A stretch of DNA of 64,000 nucleotides from Candidatus Aenigmatarchaeota archaeon (GCA_018304615.1 JAGVVV010000008.1:25741-89740); one strand, 5' to 3'; numbered from the stretch's first letter, positions 9,129 to 19,075 are shown. A program made the numbers and translations. The notes: a model not told the origin generated them from the sequence alone.

Positions 9129-10553
9129 TTGATGCGAAATACTAACTTGATTATCGGATTTATCGCACTTGCAATTTTACTTGTTCTTTTGTACATGAAC
9201 TTGCCGCAGGGATATTCATGCCCTGATTGCAATGTGATAATAATTGCTTTTGACGCAGTGCAGACATCACATGTGAGTGCCTATGGGTATCCTTTACAAA
9301 CAACTCCTAACCTGAATAATTTCGCAAAAGGCGGAACATTATTCACGAATGCAATCAGTCCTGCATCTTGGACTGTTCCGACGTATATGTCTTGGTTCAC
9401 TTCCATGTATCCGTCGGAACATAAAGTGGTGAATAGATACTCTGAATATGAACCTCCGAATGTCACAATTTTAGCGAACCTAAGAAATCTGACACCTTCA
9501 GCAGTCACTCTTGCAGAAATAATGAAACAAAATGGCTTTAGTACTGTAGCCTTCACAGGAGATGCGGGAGCTCGCGGTGCTTCAGGTGATAATATAGGGT
9601 TTGATGTCTATGTAGATACTCCCATTGGGTTTAACGGTTTTGACCTCAGTGTTCCTATGGCACTCAGTTGGATCAGGAACAACACGGACAAAAAATTCTT
9701 CATGTTCCTCCACGGGTATGATTCGCATGGGCAGTACATGCCTAAAAACTTCACGAAAAAATATGATCTCAATTACACTGGAAGATTCAACGGAACAGTT
9801 GTGGAGCAAGCAGCACTCAGGGAAGAAGGATTGGCAAAGGGTTATGTTAACGTCACGGATGATGAAATTAAATTCTGGAGAGCATGGTATGATGAAAAGA
9901 TAAACGATGCAGATGCACGATTTAGAATTTTCATAAACGGACTAAATGAAATGGGATTGATGGACAAGACTATCATCATAGTCGCGTCGGACCATGGAAC
10001 AGAATTTTTTGAACATGGGAGAGTAGACCATGGGCATACATTGTATCAGGAATTAATTCATGTGCCTCTGGTTGTTAGAATTCCGAATTATTCTAACGGC
10101 AAAACTGTCACTAGTCAGGTTTCGACTTTGGACATAATGCCAACTATTTTTCAGATAGCAGGCATTCAGGTAAATGATACTGTTAAAACCCAGATAAAAG
10201 GATTCAGTTTGCTTGATGCCATGAAGGGCAAGGATGTTAGCAGAGACGTATACTCAGAGACAGATTACAGGCTGTTTACCCACAAAAGAGCTATCGTCAC
10301 GAAAGACGGTTGGAAATTTATTCTTACTTTGGCAGAAGCTCCGGATAAGAAAAATGTAAAAGAGTTGTATAATTTGAAAACTGATCCTATGGAAACAACT
10401 AACCTGATTAACTCTGAGCCGCAGACGGCATATGAGCTTGAACAAAAACTATTGAGCCATCTCAAAGAGATGGGAACTAATATTGATGGACCTTGGGTAA
10501 TCGGCTGCTCAGCTGTTTATGTTGACCAATGCAAATATTACGCACATGGATAA
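9129..10553 (+). CDS. Membrane-anchored sulfatase-like hydrolase/transferase
   Basis: CPDCNVIIIAFDAVQ, SWTVPTYMSWFTSMYP, SDHGTEFFEHG; start may be ATG 9132. Confidence 0.88.
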   Translation: MMRNTNLIIGFIALAILLVLLYMNLPQGYSCPDCNVIIIAFDAVQTSHVSAYGYPLQTTPNLNNFAKGGTLFTNAISPASWTVPTYMSWFTSMYPSEHKVVNRYSEYEPPNVTILANLRNLTPSAVTLAEIMKQNGFSTVAFTGDAGARGASGDNIGFDVYVDTPIGFNGFDLSVPMALSWIRNNTDKKFFMFLHGYDSHGQYMPKNFTKKYDLNYTGRFNGTVVEQAALREEGLAKGYVNVTDDEIKFWRAWYDEKINDADARFRIFINGLNEMGLMDKTIIIVASDHGTEFFEHGRVDHGHTLYQELIHVPLVVRIPNYSNGKTVTSQVSTLDIMPTIFQIAGIQVNDTVKTQIKGFSLLDAMKGKDVSRDVYSETDYRLFTHKRAIVTKDGWKFILTLAEAPDKKNVKELYNLKTDPMETTNLINSEPQTAYELEQKLLSHLKEMGTNIDGPWVIGCSAVYVDQCKYYAHG

Positions 10554-10878
10554 CAAAGATGAAGCAGTGATGAGGAAAAGGCAGACGAAACCTGAATGGC
10601 AGTCTAGAATAGCCAGAGAGAGGATAGAGATTCTTTTCAATTTGGCAAAAAAAGAATTCAAAAAACATCCTGACAGGTCAAAAAGATATGTTGAACTTGC
10701 AAGAAGGATAGGTCAAAGGTACAATGTGAGATTTCCTAGGGAGACGAAGAGAAGCTTCTGCAAGAACTGCAATTCTATCCTGATTCCTGGGGTGTCTTCA
10801 AAAGTCAGGTTGAAAAAAGGAACAGTCTTTATTAATTGCCTGAAATGTAATAAAATTTATAGGTATCCATACTCATGA
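10546..10878 (+). CDS. rnp4: Ribonuclease P protein component 4 (Rpp21)
   Basis: IARERIEILF, RYVELARRI, CKNC/CLKC zinc ribbon; start 10546 or 10570. Confidence 0.9.
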   Translation: MDNKDEAVMRKRQTKPEWQSRIARERIEILFNLAKKEFKKHPDRSKRYVELARRIGQRYNVRFPRETKRSFCKNCNSILIPGVSSKVRLKKGTVFINCLKCNKIYRYPYS

Positions 10879-11114
10879 AAGGCATATCCAAAGTCGCAAT
10901 AGGTTTGGGAACTGTTTTTATTGCCGTGTTGACTCTTTTCTGGTTGTTCGACAACATTCAAAAGTTTGCTGACAAGTGCAAGGTTGATGCCACTTCTTCT
11001 CCTGCTTGCTCTCAGCTTAATTCTTTCACTCTTTCTATGATTATAATCCTGCTGATAATAGGCGGGTTCGTGATCATGATAACAGCCACAGCATATATAT
11101 TGTTATCTGGATAA
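10875..11114 (+). CDS. Small membrane protein with pilin-like MKGIS N-terminus
   Basis: Two hydrophobic helices, Cys pair, overlaps rnp4 stop (ATGA). Confidence 0.6.
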   Translation: MKGISKVAIGLGTVFIAVLTLFWLFDNIQKFADKCKVDATSSPACSQLNSFTLSMIIILLIIGGFVIMITATAYILLSG

Positions 11115-11124
11115 TGAAATTAGT

Positions 11125-11541
11125 ATGGTCACGGCTAGAGATGTACCAGCAGGAAAATTGATATCTAAAGTTAAAGAAGAGCTGAAAAAAGTCAGCGAGA
11201 TTCAGCCACCGGCATGGATGAAATTCGTGAAGACTGGTATACACAGGGAGAGACCACCTGAACAGCCTGACTTTTGGTACATTCGAAGCGCTGCGATCAT
11301 GAGGAAACTGTATGTCAGTGGTCCTGTTGGAGTTTCTAGGTTGAGGACAAATTACGGCGGCAGAAGACGAAGGGGGTACAAGCCTGCTATTTCTATGAGG
11401 TCTGCAGGAAATTCGATAAGAAAAATCTTGCAACAGCTTGAAAAGGCTGGGTTTGCTGAGAAGGCTAAGGGTGGCAGGAAGATAACTGCAAAGGGTCAGA
11501 AGTTCCTTGATAGAATAGCCTTCGAAGTGAGCAAAGAATGA
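11125..11541 (+). CDS. rps19e: 30S ribosomal protein S19e
   Basis: FVKTGIHRERPP, WYIRSAAIMRKLY, IRKILQQLEKAG. Confidence 0.96.
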   Translation: MVTARDVPAGKLISKVKEELKKVSEIQPPAWMKFVKTGIHRERPPEQPDFWYIRSAAIMRKLYVSGPVGVSRLRTNYGGRRRRGYKPAISMRSAGNSIRKILQQLEKAGFAEKAKGGRKITAKGQKFLDRIAFEVSKE

Positions 11542-11798
11542 GCGACGAGATTAATCCTGAAGAAATGAAGAAGGTCGAAGAATTAAAAAAAGTTGTCATG
11601 AAGAAAATTCTGACCAAGGAAGCGATAGAGAGACTGGGAAGGATAAGATTGGTGAAAGCTGATCTGGCAAACCAGCTCGAGTTATATTTGGTTCAGTTAT
11701 ATCAGACAGGAAAAATAAAAGGCCAAGTAACAGACGAACAGCTTAAGTTCATTCTGGAAGGATTGACTGAGAAGAAGAAGTTCAACATAATCAGATGA
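11538..11798 (+). CDS. PDCD5/TFAR19-like DNA-binding protein
   Basis: ILTKEAIERLGRIRLVK, LVQLYQTGKI; usual rps19e neighbour. Confidence 0.88.
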   Translation: MSDEINPEEMKKVEELKKVVMKKILTKEAIERLGRIRLVKADLANQLELYLVQLYQTGKIKGQVTDEQLKFILEGLTEKKKFNIIR

Positions 11799-11847
11799 TT
11801 TTACTGGATTTGTAAAGCTTTTTAAGTTATTTGTTCATTTAAGGTGT

Positions 11848-12453
11848 ATGAAAAATAAGCAGAAAATAATTTTCCCTGTTGCAGCACTTGTAGTATTGGT
11901 TGTTGTATTGGGAATGGGTTTCATGTCAGGTTGGTTTTCTAATCCAACGACCAAGACAGAATTTCATGAACATACTAATTTTGCAGTTTATCTCAACGGA
12001 GTTCAATATAATTTCAACCAGTCGAAGTACATGATAAACAGTAGCGATCGCGATAGCAGCATTGTTCACATGCATGATTTGAACGGCGGGACTATTCATA
12101 TAGAAGCTCCTGAAATCACTATGGGATTTTTCCTAAAAACTTTGGGAATGAGCGTTAACTCAACATGCTTCGTTCTTGATAATGGAACGGCTTATTGTAA
12201 TTCAGGAGACAAGACTTTGAAGATGTATGTGAATGGTGTGAAATCCAATCTGTTTGACAAGCAACCACTTCGCGACCTTGACAAGATTCTTATCAGCTTT
12301 GGAAATGATTCGAGTCAAGAAATACAGAAACGACTGAGCACAATTCCATCTGACGCTTGCATTCATTCAAAAAAATGTCCTGCTCCCCCTGGATATGTGG
12401 ACACTGAGAGCTTGACATGCAAAACCGGAGAAGCCGCAATCTGCTCTGGATAA
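11848..12453 (+). CDS. Membrane-anchored hypothetical protein (His/Cys rich)
   Basis: TM helix, FHEHTNFAVYLNG, IVHMHD, LKMYVNG. Confidence 0.7.
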   Translation: MKNKQKIIFPVAALVVLVVVLGMGFMSGWFSNPTTKTEFHEHTNFAVYLNGVQYNFNQSKYMINSSDRDSSIVHMHDLNGGTIHIEAPEITMGFFLKTLGMSVNSTCFVLDNGTAYCNSGDKTLKMYVNGVKSNLFDKQPLRDLDKILISFGNDSSQEIQKRLSTIPSDACIHSKKCPAPPGYVDTESLTCKTGEAAICSG

Positions 12454-12503
12454 GAACTTAAATTTAAATAGAGCTAAATCAACTATATTCAAATTGGTGT
12501 CGT

Positions 12504-12743
12504 ATGAGTAAGAAAAGTAAGATTGGTTCTGCCGGAAGATTCGGTGTCAGGTACGGTCAGAAGGACAGAAGTAAAGTAGCTGACATAGAGAGGATTCAGA
12601 AGCAGGCACATGTGTGTCCTAGATGCGGTCTACCACATGTGAGTAGAGTGTCTTCTGGTATATGGAACTGCAAGAAATGCGGGAACAAGTTCGCGGGACC
12701 TGCTTATTGGCCTTACTCGGAACAGAGGAAGGAGAAAAAATAG
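12504..12743 (+). CDS. rpl37ae: 50S ribosomal protein L37ae
   Basis: [15 protein letters not shown] and CKKC zinc finger. Confidence 0.95.
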   Translation: MSKKSKIGSAGRFGVRYGQKDRSKVADIERIQKQAHVCPRCGLPHVSRVSSGIWNCKKCGNKFAGPAYWPYSEQRKEKK

Positions 12744-12872
12744 ATGTACAAATGTGTCAAATGTAAGAAAATAGTCCAGAAACTGGACGAGAAAACAAGA
12801 TGCCCTTACTGCGGTTACAGGATTTTCGTCAAGCTCAGAGCTGAAACGTCGAACAAAGTTTTGGCAAGATAG
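12744..12872 (+). CDS. rpoP: RNA polymerase subunit Rpo12 (RpoP); not in ORF track
   Basis: Hand-translated MYKCVKCKKIVQKLDEKTRCPYCGYRIFVKLRAETSNKVLAR; directly after rpl37ae. Confidence 0.93.
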   Translation: MYKCVKCKKIVQKLDEKTRCPYCGYRIFVKLRAETSNKVLAR

Positions 12873-12964
12873 AATTTCTTTTAAAATGAAGAGAAATTAA
12901 GCTATTTAAAATCTGTAATCAATTGATATTTATCAATCGTGTCGATGCAGTCGGAGATGGAAGA

Positions 12965-13294
12965 ATGAACGAGGACGAGGCAAAAGAATTGTTAGGACAG
13001 TTGCAAAATCTGCAGCAGCAGATGCAGAGTGTTGTTTTTCAGAAAGAGAGCTTGAAACTTCATGATATGGAGATTCACAAGGCGCAAGAAGAACTGAACA
13101 AGACGAATGAGACAAGCGCTTTCAAAATAACTGGTCAGATCATGGTCAGCAAATCCGTTGAAGAGTTGAAAAAAGAATTGACAGAAACGAGTGAAGATGT
13201 CCACCTGAATCTCAAAAGTCTTGAGAAGACAGAGGAAAGGATTAACAATAAGTTGAAAGAACTGCAAACTAAGCTAAAAGATGTAATGGCATGA
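12965..13294 (+). CDS. pfdB: Prefoldin beta subunit
   Basis: Coiled coils flanking FKITGQIMV hairpin; conserved context. Confidence 0.9.
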   Translation: MNEDEAKELLGQLQNLQQQMQSVVFQKESLKLHDMEIHKAQEELNKTNETSAFKITGQIMVSKSVEELKKELTETSEDVHLNLKSLEKTEERINNKLKELQTKLKDVMA

Positions 13295-13563
13295 TGATGG
13301 AAATGACAGACATGAAACCGGTAATCAGTCTATTGGAACAAATTTTGAACGATAGGACGGTTCCAAAAAATATACGCAAAGCAGCGGAAGATTCGAAAGA
13401 TGTGTTGAGCACCAATGACAGTGATGAAGTCAGAATCAGCACAGCTATTCATATTCTTGACGAGATCATCAATGATCCGAACATGCCCATGTACACAAGA
13501 ACTAAGATTTGGAACGCAGTCAGCATTTTGGAAGAGATGAGAAGATTGTCTAAAGGAACCTAA
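13291..13563 (+). CDS. UPF0147 family protein
   Basis: DRTVPKNIRKAA, DPNMPMYTRTKIWNAVSILE. Confidence 0.9.
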   Translation: MMMEMTDMKPVISLLEQILNDRTVPKNIRKAAEDSKDVLSTNDSDEVRISTAIHILDEIINDPNMPMYTRTKIWNAVSILEEMRRLSKGT

Positions 13564-13630
13564 TTTTTTAGGCAAATGGAGTTAACTTATTTAAAGCTTC
13601 GTGACCAAAACGATAGTATAAGGTAGTTTA

Positions 13631-13996
13631 ATGGGAATAAGAGATTTCTTCGGAAAGATGGGGATGGGCAAGGAAGAAGCGAGAGAGGAATTTCTTGAAG
13701 TCGGAGACGTCCCAGCAGAAGGTCGAGAAGTGAACGTGAAGATTGAGTCTTTGAAGGATTATTCTGACACAGACAGAGTCTTGCAGCTGCTGAGAGAGGG
13801 TTATGTGATATTTTTGAAAATCAGGGAACTGAGAGAAAAGGACATGGCTACTTTAAAGAAAGCTGTCGAGAAACTGAAAAAGACGATTTCTGCAATGAAT
13901 GGTGATGTTGTCGGAGTGGATGAAGACTTTTTGATAATTGCTCCGAAGTTCGCCAGCATCTACAGAGGGAAATCTGCTACTCCTGGGATGAAATAA
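13631..13996 (+). CDS. sepF: Cell division protein SepF
   Basis: LREGYVIFLKI, LKKAVEKLKK, GDVVGVDEDFLIIAP. Confidence 0.88.
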   Translation: MGIRDFFGKMGMGKEEAREEFLEVGDVPAEGREVNVKIESLKDYSDTDRVLQLLREGYVIFLKIRELREKDMATLKKAVEKLKKTISAMNGDVVGVDEDFLIIAPKFASIYRGKSATPGMK

Positions 13997-14022
13997 GAAG
14001 TGTTTGTCAAACATCAGAACTT

Positions 14023-15507
14023 TTAAGAGATTTTCTTCTCTAAAAACTCAAACAGCTTGTCTATTTTGACTCTCGCTTGCTTTGTAGTGTCTCTGTCTCT
14101 TACTGTGACGGTCTTGTCCTTCAATGTATCGTAATCCACAGTTATCGCCAACGGAGTACCGATTTCGTCTGCTCTAGCGTACCTTTTTCCTATGCTTCCA
14201 GCCTCGTCATACTCACATACAAATTCTTTCTTTAACAGTTCGAAAACTTCTTTGGCATTTTCTGATAAACCATCTTTTTTCATCAATGGGAAGATGGCGA
14301 CTTTGACTGGGGAAATCGAAGAGTCGAGTTTGAGTTTTACCTTGACTTCGTCATCCTCTTTCTCTTCACTGTAAGAATCCAGCAGAATAGTCATTATAGT
14401 TCTTTCTAGACCGAAGGAAGGTTCTATGACGCATGGTATTACTTTTTCCTTTGTTTCCTCGTCAAAATAATTCAAATCTGTTTTGCTGAATTTCATGTGT
14501 TGTTTCAAATCGAAATCTGTCCTGTTTGCGATTCCTTCGAGTTCTTTCCATCCCCAGGGGAAGTTGTATTCCACGTCCCAAGTTTCAGAAGAATAGTGTG
14601 AGAGTTCGGTTTTCAAGTGCTCCCTGATTCTCAGGTTCTCTTTTTTAATTCCGATGTTTTCAAACCATTTCATCGATTCGACAACCCAGAAGGCATGCCA
14701 AGGGGTTTTGATTATCTTTTCGCTCAACAAGTCTTTAATTTTCATCTTCTGGTGGGATTTTTTCTTCTCTTGATTAGCAGAAGTCAAGACATTCAATTCA
14801 TATTTCAAATGTTCGTTTGTCAAGAATTCGCACTTGTCGATTTTTTTCGGATGGATGAAATATTCGATCTCCATTTGGCTGAATTCCCTTGTTCTGAATA
14901 CGAAATTCCTCGGTGAAATCTCATTTCTGAACGCTTTTCCCATCTGAGCGATACCGAATGGAAGTTTCTTTCTGGAAGAGTGCTGGATGATTTTGAAATT
15001 CGTGAAAATGACCTGGGCAGTCTCTGGCCGAAGATAGGCGACATTCCCGGATTCAGCTCCGACAGAAGTCTTGAACATCAGGTTGAACGGTTGCAAAAAT
15101 TTCAATTCTCCCTTGTCATCAGGACACTTTATCTTGTGTTTTTCTATCAGTTCTTTCAGATGGTCTACAGACAATCCATCAACAGAAATCTTGAGTTCCA
15201 TCTCGACAAGATGATCAGCCCTGTATTTTTTCTTGCATTTAGTGCATCCGACCAGCGGGTCGTTGAAAGATTCCAAATGACCGCTAGCTTTCCACACCTC
15301 AGGATGAGTGATTATTGCTCCGTCGATTCCAACCATGTCGTCCCTGTCATTTACAAAGTGCTTCCACCATGAATTCTCTACATTTCTCTTCAGCTCAGAA
15401 CCATAGTTTCCATAGTCGAAAAATCCGGCGAATGTACCATAGATTTCAGAATTCGGAAACAAGATACCTCTTCTTTTACAAAGCGAAATTATCTTTTCTA
15501 CATCCAT
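14023..15507 (-). CDS. glyS: Glycine-tRNA ligase (alpha2 type)
   Basis: YLRPETAQ, GKAFRNEISPR, FRTREFSQMEIE, VIEPSFGLER. Confidence 0.97.
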   Translation of the reverse strand: MDVEKIISLCKRRGILFPNSEIYGTFAGFFDYGNYGSELKRNVENSWWKHFVNDRDDMVGIDGAIITHPEVWKASGHLESFNDPLVGCTKCKKKYRADHLVEMELKISVDGLSVDHLKELIEKHKIKCPDDKGELKFLQPFNLMFKTSVGAESGNVAYLRPETAQVIFTNFKIIQHSSRKKLPFGIAQMGKAFRNEISPRNFVFRTREFSQMEIEYFIHPKKIDKCEFLTNEHLKYELNVLTSANQEKKKSHQKMKIKDLLSEKIIKTPWHAFWVVESMKWFENIGIKKENLRIREHLKTELSHYSSETWDVEYNFPWGWKELEGIANRTDFDLKQHMKFSKTDLNYFDEETKEKVIPCVIEPSFGLERTIMTILLDSYSEEKEDDEVKVKLKLDSSISPVKVAIFPLMKKDGLSENAKEVFELLKKEFVCEYDEAGSIGKRYARADEIGTPLAITVDYDTLKDKTVTVRDRDTTKQARVKIDKLFEFLEKKIS

Positions 15508-15538
15508 TCTCTCTTTCCTAAATTAGAGTTCTAAATAG

Positions 15539-16567
15539 TTATTTCTTGAACCAGCTTTTTAAATTGGCCTGTGTGCCTTTAGACAAGTTCTGCTGCAATC
15601 TTTCTATTCCCTTCTCTATCCTTTTCCTGGAAAAGTCGTGCTCGCCAGACATGAATTTCAGAATTTTTTCTGGATTGGGTTCCTTCCATTCGAAATCATA
15701 TTTATCTGTGGTCGGAGGTTCCATGAAAAAATTGAAAACTTCTTCTGCCTCGATATCAAAATCCCACTCGATTTTCTTTAGAACTGCATTCAACGTCTTG
15801 TTCTCCTTTACCAATTCAAGGGATCTTTTCGGACCAAATCCTTTCACACCCCCAGGGTTGTAGTCAGTTCCGATTAAAATTCCGATCAAAATCAATTGCT
15901 TTTGGTTGATTCCCAGAGCTTCCAAAACTTTTTTCAGTTCTATGATTTCTGGTTTTATTTCCACATAAACTTCTTTCTTCGGGATTTTCCTCCTCCCTGA
16001 GATTGAGAGGTTTTTTACAAGGCGTGGAGAACCGAAAAGAAGACTGTCAGCATCCTGAGAACCTGTGGCCCATACGTCACCTTTCTTGCACATAACCGAA
16101 CATTGCGCTTCGCCTTCGCTAGGAGCTTGTAACCATGGAATTCCCATGGCATCCAGAAGTTTCTTCGATTCTTCTATCATCTCATCTGTCAGCCTAGAAG
16201 CTGCCTGAGCGTATGTGATTGCCTTCTCGCCTTTTTTCAAGGCTTCGGCCCATTTTTCAGTCGCTTCTTTCTTTCTCTGCTCCCTTTCCTGGATTGTCTT
16301 TTTCTTGAACGCCGGAGGCTCGCCGTCGAAAACGAAAATTGGTTTGATTCCTGCTTCCAGAAAATTAGAGGTCCTGTAAAACAGTCCTGAAAGATGTGAT
16401 GTTATTCTTCCTTTGGAATCTCGCAAAGGCTCGCCAGTCATCCTGTCCCTGATTATTGTGATGAACTGGTAGAGGGTGTTGAAAGCGTCGATAGCGATTT
16501 TCTTCCCAGACAACTCTATCAGTTCGATTTCCTGCTTGGGAATAATCTCAGAAATTTGGACTCCCAT
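15539..16567 (-). CDS. fen: Flap endonuclease 1
   Basis: IAIDAFNTLYQF, APSEGEAQ, GTDYNPGG, C-terminal PIP box QANLKSWF. Confidence 0.97.
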   Translation of the reverse strand: MGVQISEIIPKQEIELIELSGKKIAIDAFNTLYQFITIIRDRMTGEPLRDSKGRITSHLSGLFYRTSNFLEAGIKPIFVFDGEPPAFKKKTIQEREQRKKEATEKWAEALKKGEKAITYAQAASRLTDEMIEESKKLLDAMGIPWLQAPSEGEAQCSVMCKKGDVWATGSQDADSLLFGSPRLVKNLSISGRRKIPKKEVYVEIKPEIIELKKVLEALGINQKQLILIGILIGTDYNPGGVKGFGPKRSLELVKENKTLNAVLKKIEWDFDIEAEEVFNFFMEPPTTDKYDFEWKEPNPEKILKFMSGEHDFSRKRIEKGIERLQQNLSKGTQANLKSWFKK

Positions 16568-16610
16568 AAAATCGGATTATGAATCTTTAGCTTTAAGGTT
16601 TGGGGTAGAG

Positions 16611-16865
16611 TTACTTCTTTTCTTCCTTTTTCTCTTCTTTCTTCTCAGCTTTTTTCTCTTCCATGGCGAGCTCTCTCTGGATTCTCAGCTCGTCCAACTC
16701 CAACCAAACGACAAACAGCCCCAGTATCGCAACTATCGGACCGACTACCCCCTTCAATACAGACAAGAAATCGTGGAGGTTGAAGTACGTCCATGCAACA
16801 CCGCCGATAAGAAGGATGACGCCGATGATTATCTTGACAGCAACATGCATATGGGTCCTAATCAA
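16611..16865 (-). CDS. Small membrane protein
   Basis: Two TM helices, WLELDELRIQREL, charged tail. Confidence 0.7.
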   Translation of the reverse strand: MIRTHMHVAVKIIIGVILLIGGVAWTYFNLHDFLSVLKGVVGPIVAILGLFVVWLELDELRIQRELAMEEKKAEKKEEKKEEKK

Positions 16866-16909
16866 TTATAAGGAGGAAAATATATAAATCTTGATACCAA
16901 AGTGGTTTT

Positions 16910-17437
16910 ATGGTTAAGGGAATGTACCAACATCTGAGGAAAACTTGGAAGAAACCAAGAGAGAATCTCGGTCCTCTGTTGAAATCTAAGATAAGCAGTT
17001 GGAGAGAGGGTGCGACTGTGACTAGAGTGGACAAGCCTATGAGAATAGACAAGGCGAGAAATCTAGGCTACAAGGCAAAGAAAGGGTTCGTAGTTGTCCG
17101 GGTGAAGATAAGAAAAGGTGGGAGGAGGAGACCTTTGTACGGAAGGAGAGGAAGGAAACCGTCCAAAGCAGGTCTTGTTCATTTCACTCATTCCAAATCT
17201 CTGCAGTGGATTGCCGAAGAGAGGGCTGCGAAGAGGTATCAGAATCTTGAAGTTTTGAATTCTTATTATGTCGGTGAAGACGGCCAGATGAAGTTCTTTG
17301 AAGTGATACTAGTCGATCCTAACAGTCCTGAGATAATGAAAGACAAGAGGATGAAGTGGATTACTAATCCGGCAAACAGGAGAAGAGTGCTTAGAGGATT
17401 GACCTCTGCTGCCAAACATTCACGCGGATTAAAGTAG
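16910..17437 (+). CDS. rpl15e: 50S ribosomal protein L15e
   Basis: DKARNLGYKAKKG, NLEVLNSYYVGEDG, RGLTSA. Confidence 0.97.
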   Translation: MVKGMYQHLRKTWKKPRENLGPLLKSKISSWREGATVTRVDKPMRIDKARNLGYKAKKGFVVVRVKIRKGGRRRPLYGRRGRKPSKAGLVHFTHSKSLQWIAEERAAKRYQNLEVLNSYYVGEDGQMKFFEVILVDPNSPEIMKDKRMKWITNPANRRRVLRGLTSAAKHSRGLK

Positions 17438-17455
17438 ACAAAGGTATATTCTTTT

Positions 17456-17486
17456 GCTTCGTGGGTTCAATGCACACCTCCCGCAT
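17456..17486 (+). repeat. Degenerate tRNA-Leu-like 3' end (left att-like repeat)
   Basis: GCTTCGTGGGTTCAATGCACACCTCCCGCA resembles T arm plus acceptor 3' strand; no 5' half upstream. Confidence 0.6.
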
Positions 17487-17520
17487 AATGTTAAATAGAT
17501 TAGATTCTTTTAGTTTAATT

Positions 17521-17802
17521 ATGAGATCGGAATCCGCCGACAAAATACCTAAATACGTTTTAGGACATGGATTAAAAGTACTCGAATTTATGCAAATAAG
17601 AGGATCGGCATGTCCCGGAGATTTAGAAGAGATTTGTAGTTATGAAGGTACTACAGCATTCTTATTGTTTTACATGTTGGAGCATGAAGGTTTGATAGAA
17701 AGCGTTGATCCAGAAAATGTTAGAGGTGTTGGACACTATTTCAAAGTAAAAAGTCCCGAATTAGTAGACTATTTATCAAAAAAATTAAAGGAAAAGGAGT
17801 GA
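17521..17802 (+). CDS. AT-rich orphan protein, possible winged helix
   Basis: 93 aa ORF between the two repeats; TTAAATA box upstream. Confidence 0.6.
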   Translation: MRSESADKIPKYVLGHGLKVLEFMQIRGSACPGDLEEICSYEGTTAFLLFYMLEHEGLIESVDPENVRGVGHYFKVKSPELVDYLSKKLKEKE

Positions 17803-17838
17803 AACAAGAATAAATTACTGCATATGACTATTCTCATA

Positions 17839-17854
17839 TGCCCACCTCCCGCAT
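17839..17854 (+). repeat. Right att-like direct repeat
   Basis: TGCCCACCTCCCGCAT vs TGCACACCTCCCGCAT (17471-17486), 15/16 identical. Confidence 0.75.
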
Positions 17855-17894
17855 CTAAACTTAAACTAAATAACATAACAACACAATTTTAATT

Positions 17895-18611
17895 ATGAAA
17901 TTTTTCGACCTGCACGTACATTCCGCTTTCTCAGAAGGAACCAGCTCATTAGAGCAGTTAGCAAGCATGGCAAAGGAGTTGGGTTTTTCAGGAATCTGCT
18001 TTGCAGAATACTACAATGTGGAAGAGCACATAAAAAAACTGATGACAGAGATAGAGAAAGCGAAGGGAAAGGTCGGGATTGAAATTTTTCTCGGATTTGA
18101 AGCAAGAAACCCTAGAGAATTGTCAGCTCTGATTGAAAAAAGAAAAAGATTTGATGTCCTGCTCGCGAGAGGCGGGGATTTGAAACTAAACAGATTGGCA
18201 GTGGAAACTCCTGAAGTTGACATACTCACTCATCCTGATTACGAAAGAACCGATTCAGGTCTCAATCACATTCTGGTCAGGCTTGCAGCGAAGAACGAAG
18301 TTGCGATAGAAGTCAATTTCAGGGAAGTACTAATCACGAATGGAAGGACAAGATCAAGAATCTTATCAAACATGAAGAACAATGTCATGCTCGCGAAGAA
18401 GCTTCACGCACCGATCATCATTTCATGCGGAGCAATATCAGAATGGGAACTGAAAAGCACTCAAGAATTAATCTCTTTCGGGACACAATTAGGATTGGAG
18501 TTAGATGAAGCAAAGGCAGCGATTTCAAGGATTCCGGAAGATATTTTGAGCAAGTCGAGCGAGAGGAGAGACAAGAGGTGGATAGCTCCCGGAGTTAAAG
18601 TAATAAAATGA
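17895..18611 (+). CDS. rnp3: Ribonuclease P protein component 3 (Rpp30)
   Basis: PHP-like DLHVH, NRLAVETPEVDIL, LAAKNEVAIEVNF; follows rpl15e. Confidence 0.9.
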   Translation: MKFFDLHVHSAFSEGTSSLEQLASMAKELGFSGICFAEYYNVEEHIKKLMTEIEKAKGKVGIEIFLGFEARNPRELSALIEKRKRFDVLLARGGDLKLNRLAVETPEVDILTHPDYERTDSGLNHILVRLAAKNEVAIEVNFREVLITNGRTRSRILSNMKNNVMLAKKLHAPIIISCGAISEWELKSTQELISFGTQLGLELDEAKAAISRIPEDILSKSSERRDKRWIAPGVKVIK

Positions 18612-19075
18612 AACTGCCATACCACATACCAAAAGATTTGCTAAGCATTTTCTCAAAGACGAAACTTAACGTCCAGCCTGGAGAGTATCTGATTGTCAGA
18701 TTGCCTTTGAAGTATGGGGTCATGCTGAGAGAACTTTCAAAATTCGTGAGAGAACCGTTTTTTAATTATACAGTAGAGCCACAAGAAATAACTCTGGTCG
18801 TTCATGAGAGGGATTGGAGTAATATTGGAAGAGATTTCATTGAGACGCAGATAGAGCACGGTTACAATATTATCACGATGGACGTGACTGTGGATTTAAA
18901 TGTGATAGGTTACCTTGCTGTGATTTCCAGATTGCTCGCTGACGTGGGTGTCCCCATAATGGTTGTTTCAGGCCATAGGACTGATCATATACTTATCAAA
19001 AAATATGATCTGCAGAAAGCTATTTTCGTTTTACAGGATTTGATAAATAGCTGCAAAAATATAGTAATTGTATGA
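18608..19075 (+). CDS. ACT-domain protein
   Basis: LNVIGYLAVISRLLADVGVPIMVVSGHRTDHILIK. Confidence 0.8.
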   Translation: MKLPYHIPKDLLSIFSKTKLNVQPGEYLIVRLPLKYGVMLRELSKFVREPFFNYTVEPQEITLVVHERDWSNIGRDFIETQIEHGYNIITMDVTVDLNVIGYLAVISRLLADVGVPIMVVSGHRTDHILIKKYDLQKAIFVLQDLINSCKNIVIV

